DNA from: Dehalococcoidia bacterium
Lineage (GTDB): Bacteria; Chloroflexota; Dehalococcoidia; GIF9; UBA5629
Assembly (NCBI GenBank): GCA_050011565.1
Contig: JBEKIW010000002.1
Span: forward strand, 288,001-352,000
Direction: 5' to 3'
Length of the DNA stretch: 64,000 nt
How positions within the stretch are numbered: position 1 is the first letter of the stretch; each line of letters opens with the position of its first letter. Both the position numbers and the translations under genes were made by a program. Below, piece by piece: positions 63,332-64,000 of this stretch. The notes beneath the pieces were generated by a model. That model searched no databases. It was not told where the DNA came from and saw only the letters and a program-made list of their open reading frames with translations.

Positions 63332-64000
63332 TCATTTTAATTTGTTTTCCGCCTTTTTCAAAAGCTCCAGAAATTCTTTCTCGGTAAGCGTCTTTATGCC
63401 CAGCGTCTGGGCACGGGCCAGCTTGGAGCCAGGGTCTTCGCCGACCACCAGGTAATTTGTCTTTCGGGTGACGTCTGAGCTGGCCTTACCTCCCAGTTCT
63501 TTAATTTTAGCCTCGGCTTCGGGGCGGGGGGAGGCCTCCAGCCTGCCGGTGATGACGAATTCGAGCCCTGCCAGCGGTAAGTCCCCCCTCTTCGCCTTTT
63601 CTGCCTCCAGCTTGACACCTGCTTTTCTCAGCTTGTCAATTATTTTCTGGTTCTGTTTCTGGCGGAAAAAAGCTAATATGCTGTCGGCTATTTTGGGCCC
63701 GATGGAAGGGATCTCCTGGAGTTTTTCCGGCGTCGCCCGGCTTAATTCGTCAAGGCTGTAGTAATGCTCAGCCAGCAGCTCAGCCGTCTCACCTCCGATA
63801 TTTGGTATGCCCAGGGCGAAGATAACCCGCGGCAGAGGCCGGTCTTTACTCTTTTCAATGGAGTTGAGTATATTGGTCACACTCTTATCCGCCAGCTTTT
63901 CCATGTTGAGTAACTGTTCCCTTTTATCTTTGAGACTATAAATGTCGCCGACATCCTTTATAAGCCCGGCTTCGAATAGCGCCTGTGACATCCTCTCACC
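63332..64000 (-). CDS. ligA: NAD-dependent DNA ligase, C-terminal part (HhH and BRCT), truncated by the window edge
   Basis: FALGIPNIG, IGPKIA, FVITGRL, LVVGEDPGSKL..A..LGI. Confidence 0.95.
   Translation of the reverse strand, partial: GERMSQALFEAGLIKDVGDIYSLKDKREQLLNMEKLADKSVTNILNSIEKSKDRPLPRVIFALGIPNIGGETAELLAEHYYSLDELSRATPEKLQEIPSIGPKIADSILAFFRQKQNQKIIDKLRKAGVKLEAEKAKRGDLPLAGLEFVITGRLEASPRPEAEAKIKELGGKASSDVTRKTNYLVVGEDPGSKLARAQTLGIKTLTEKEFLELLKKAENKLK

Overview
The window looks like a Dehalococcoidia (Chloroflexota) chromosome segment, inferred from gene order and protein character. Positions 1-17900 hold the 3' part of fusA, then the S10-spc-alpha ribosomal protein superoperon, truA, rplM and rpsI. 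This stretch includes two short genes missing from the ORF track: rpmJ, and a bS22-like gene placed between rplW and rplB. The rest is housekeeping DNA (pgi/pmi, phosphomutase, metK, ahcY, core methionine synthase, mtnP, mtnA, gap, eno, pth, ligA) interleaved with accessory genes. The main candidate for a new system is at 19686-19936 on the minus strand, upstream of a YedF-like selenium-metabolism gene. It has a strong RBS, a 41-codon leader ORF with two in-frame UGA codons (U-V-U), a SECIS-like hairpin at the canonical 11-nt spacing, and mutually exclusive antiterminator and terminator structures. Together these suggest a selenocysteine-sensing leader-peptide attenuator. Also notable are a 3.39-kb non-autonomous transposable element (74-bp perfect inverted repeats, 7-bp target duplication inside a REP palindrome) carrying a papain-like protease gene, and an AT-rich nuclease island with a duplicated 66-bp promoter module. 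All calls come from reading the sequence by eye; no searches or folding programs were run.
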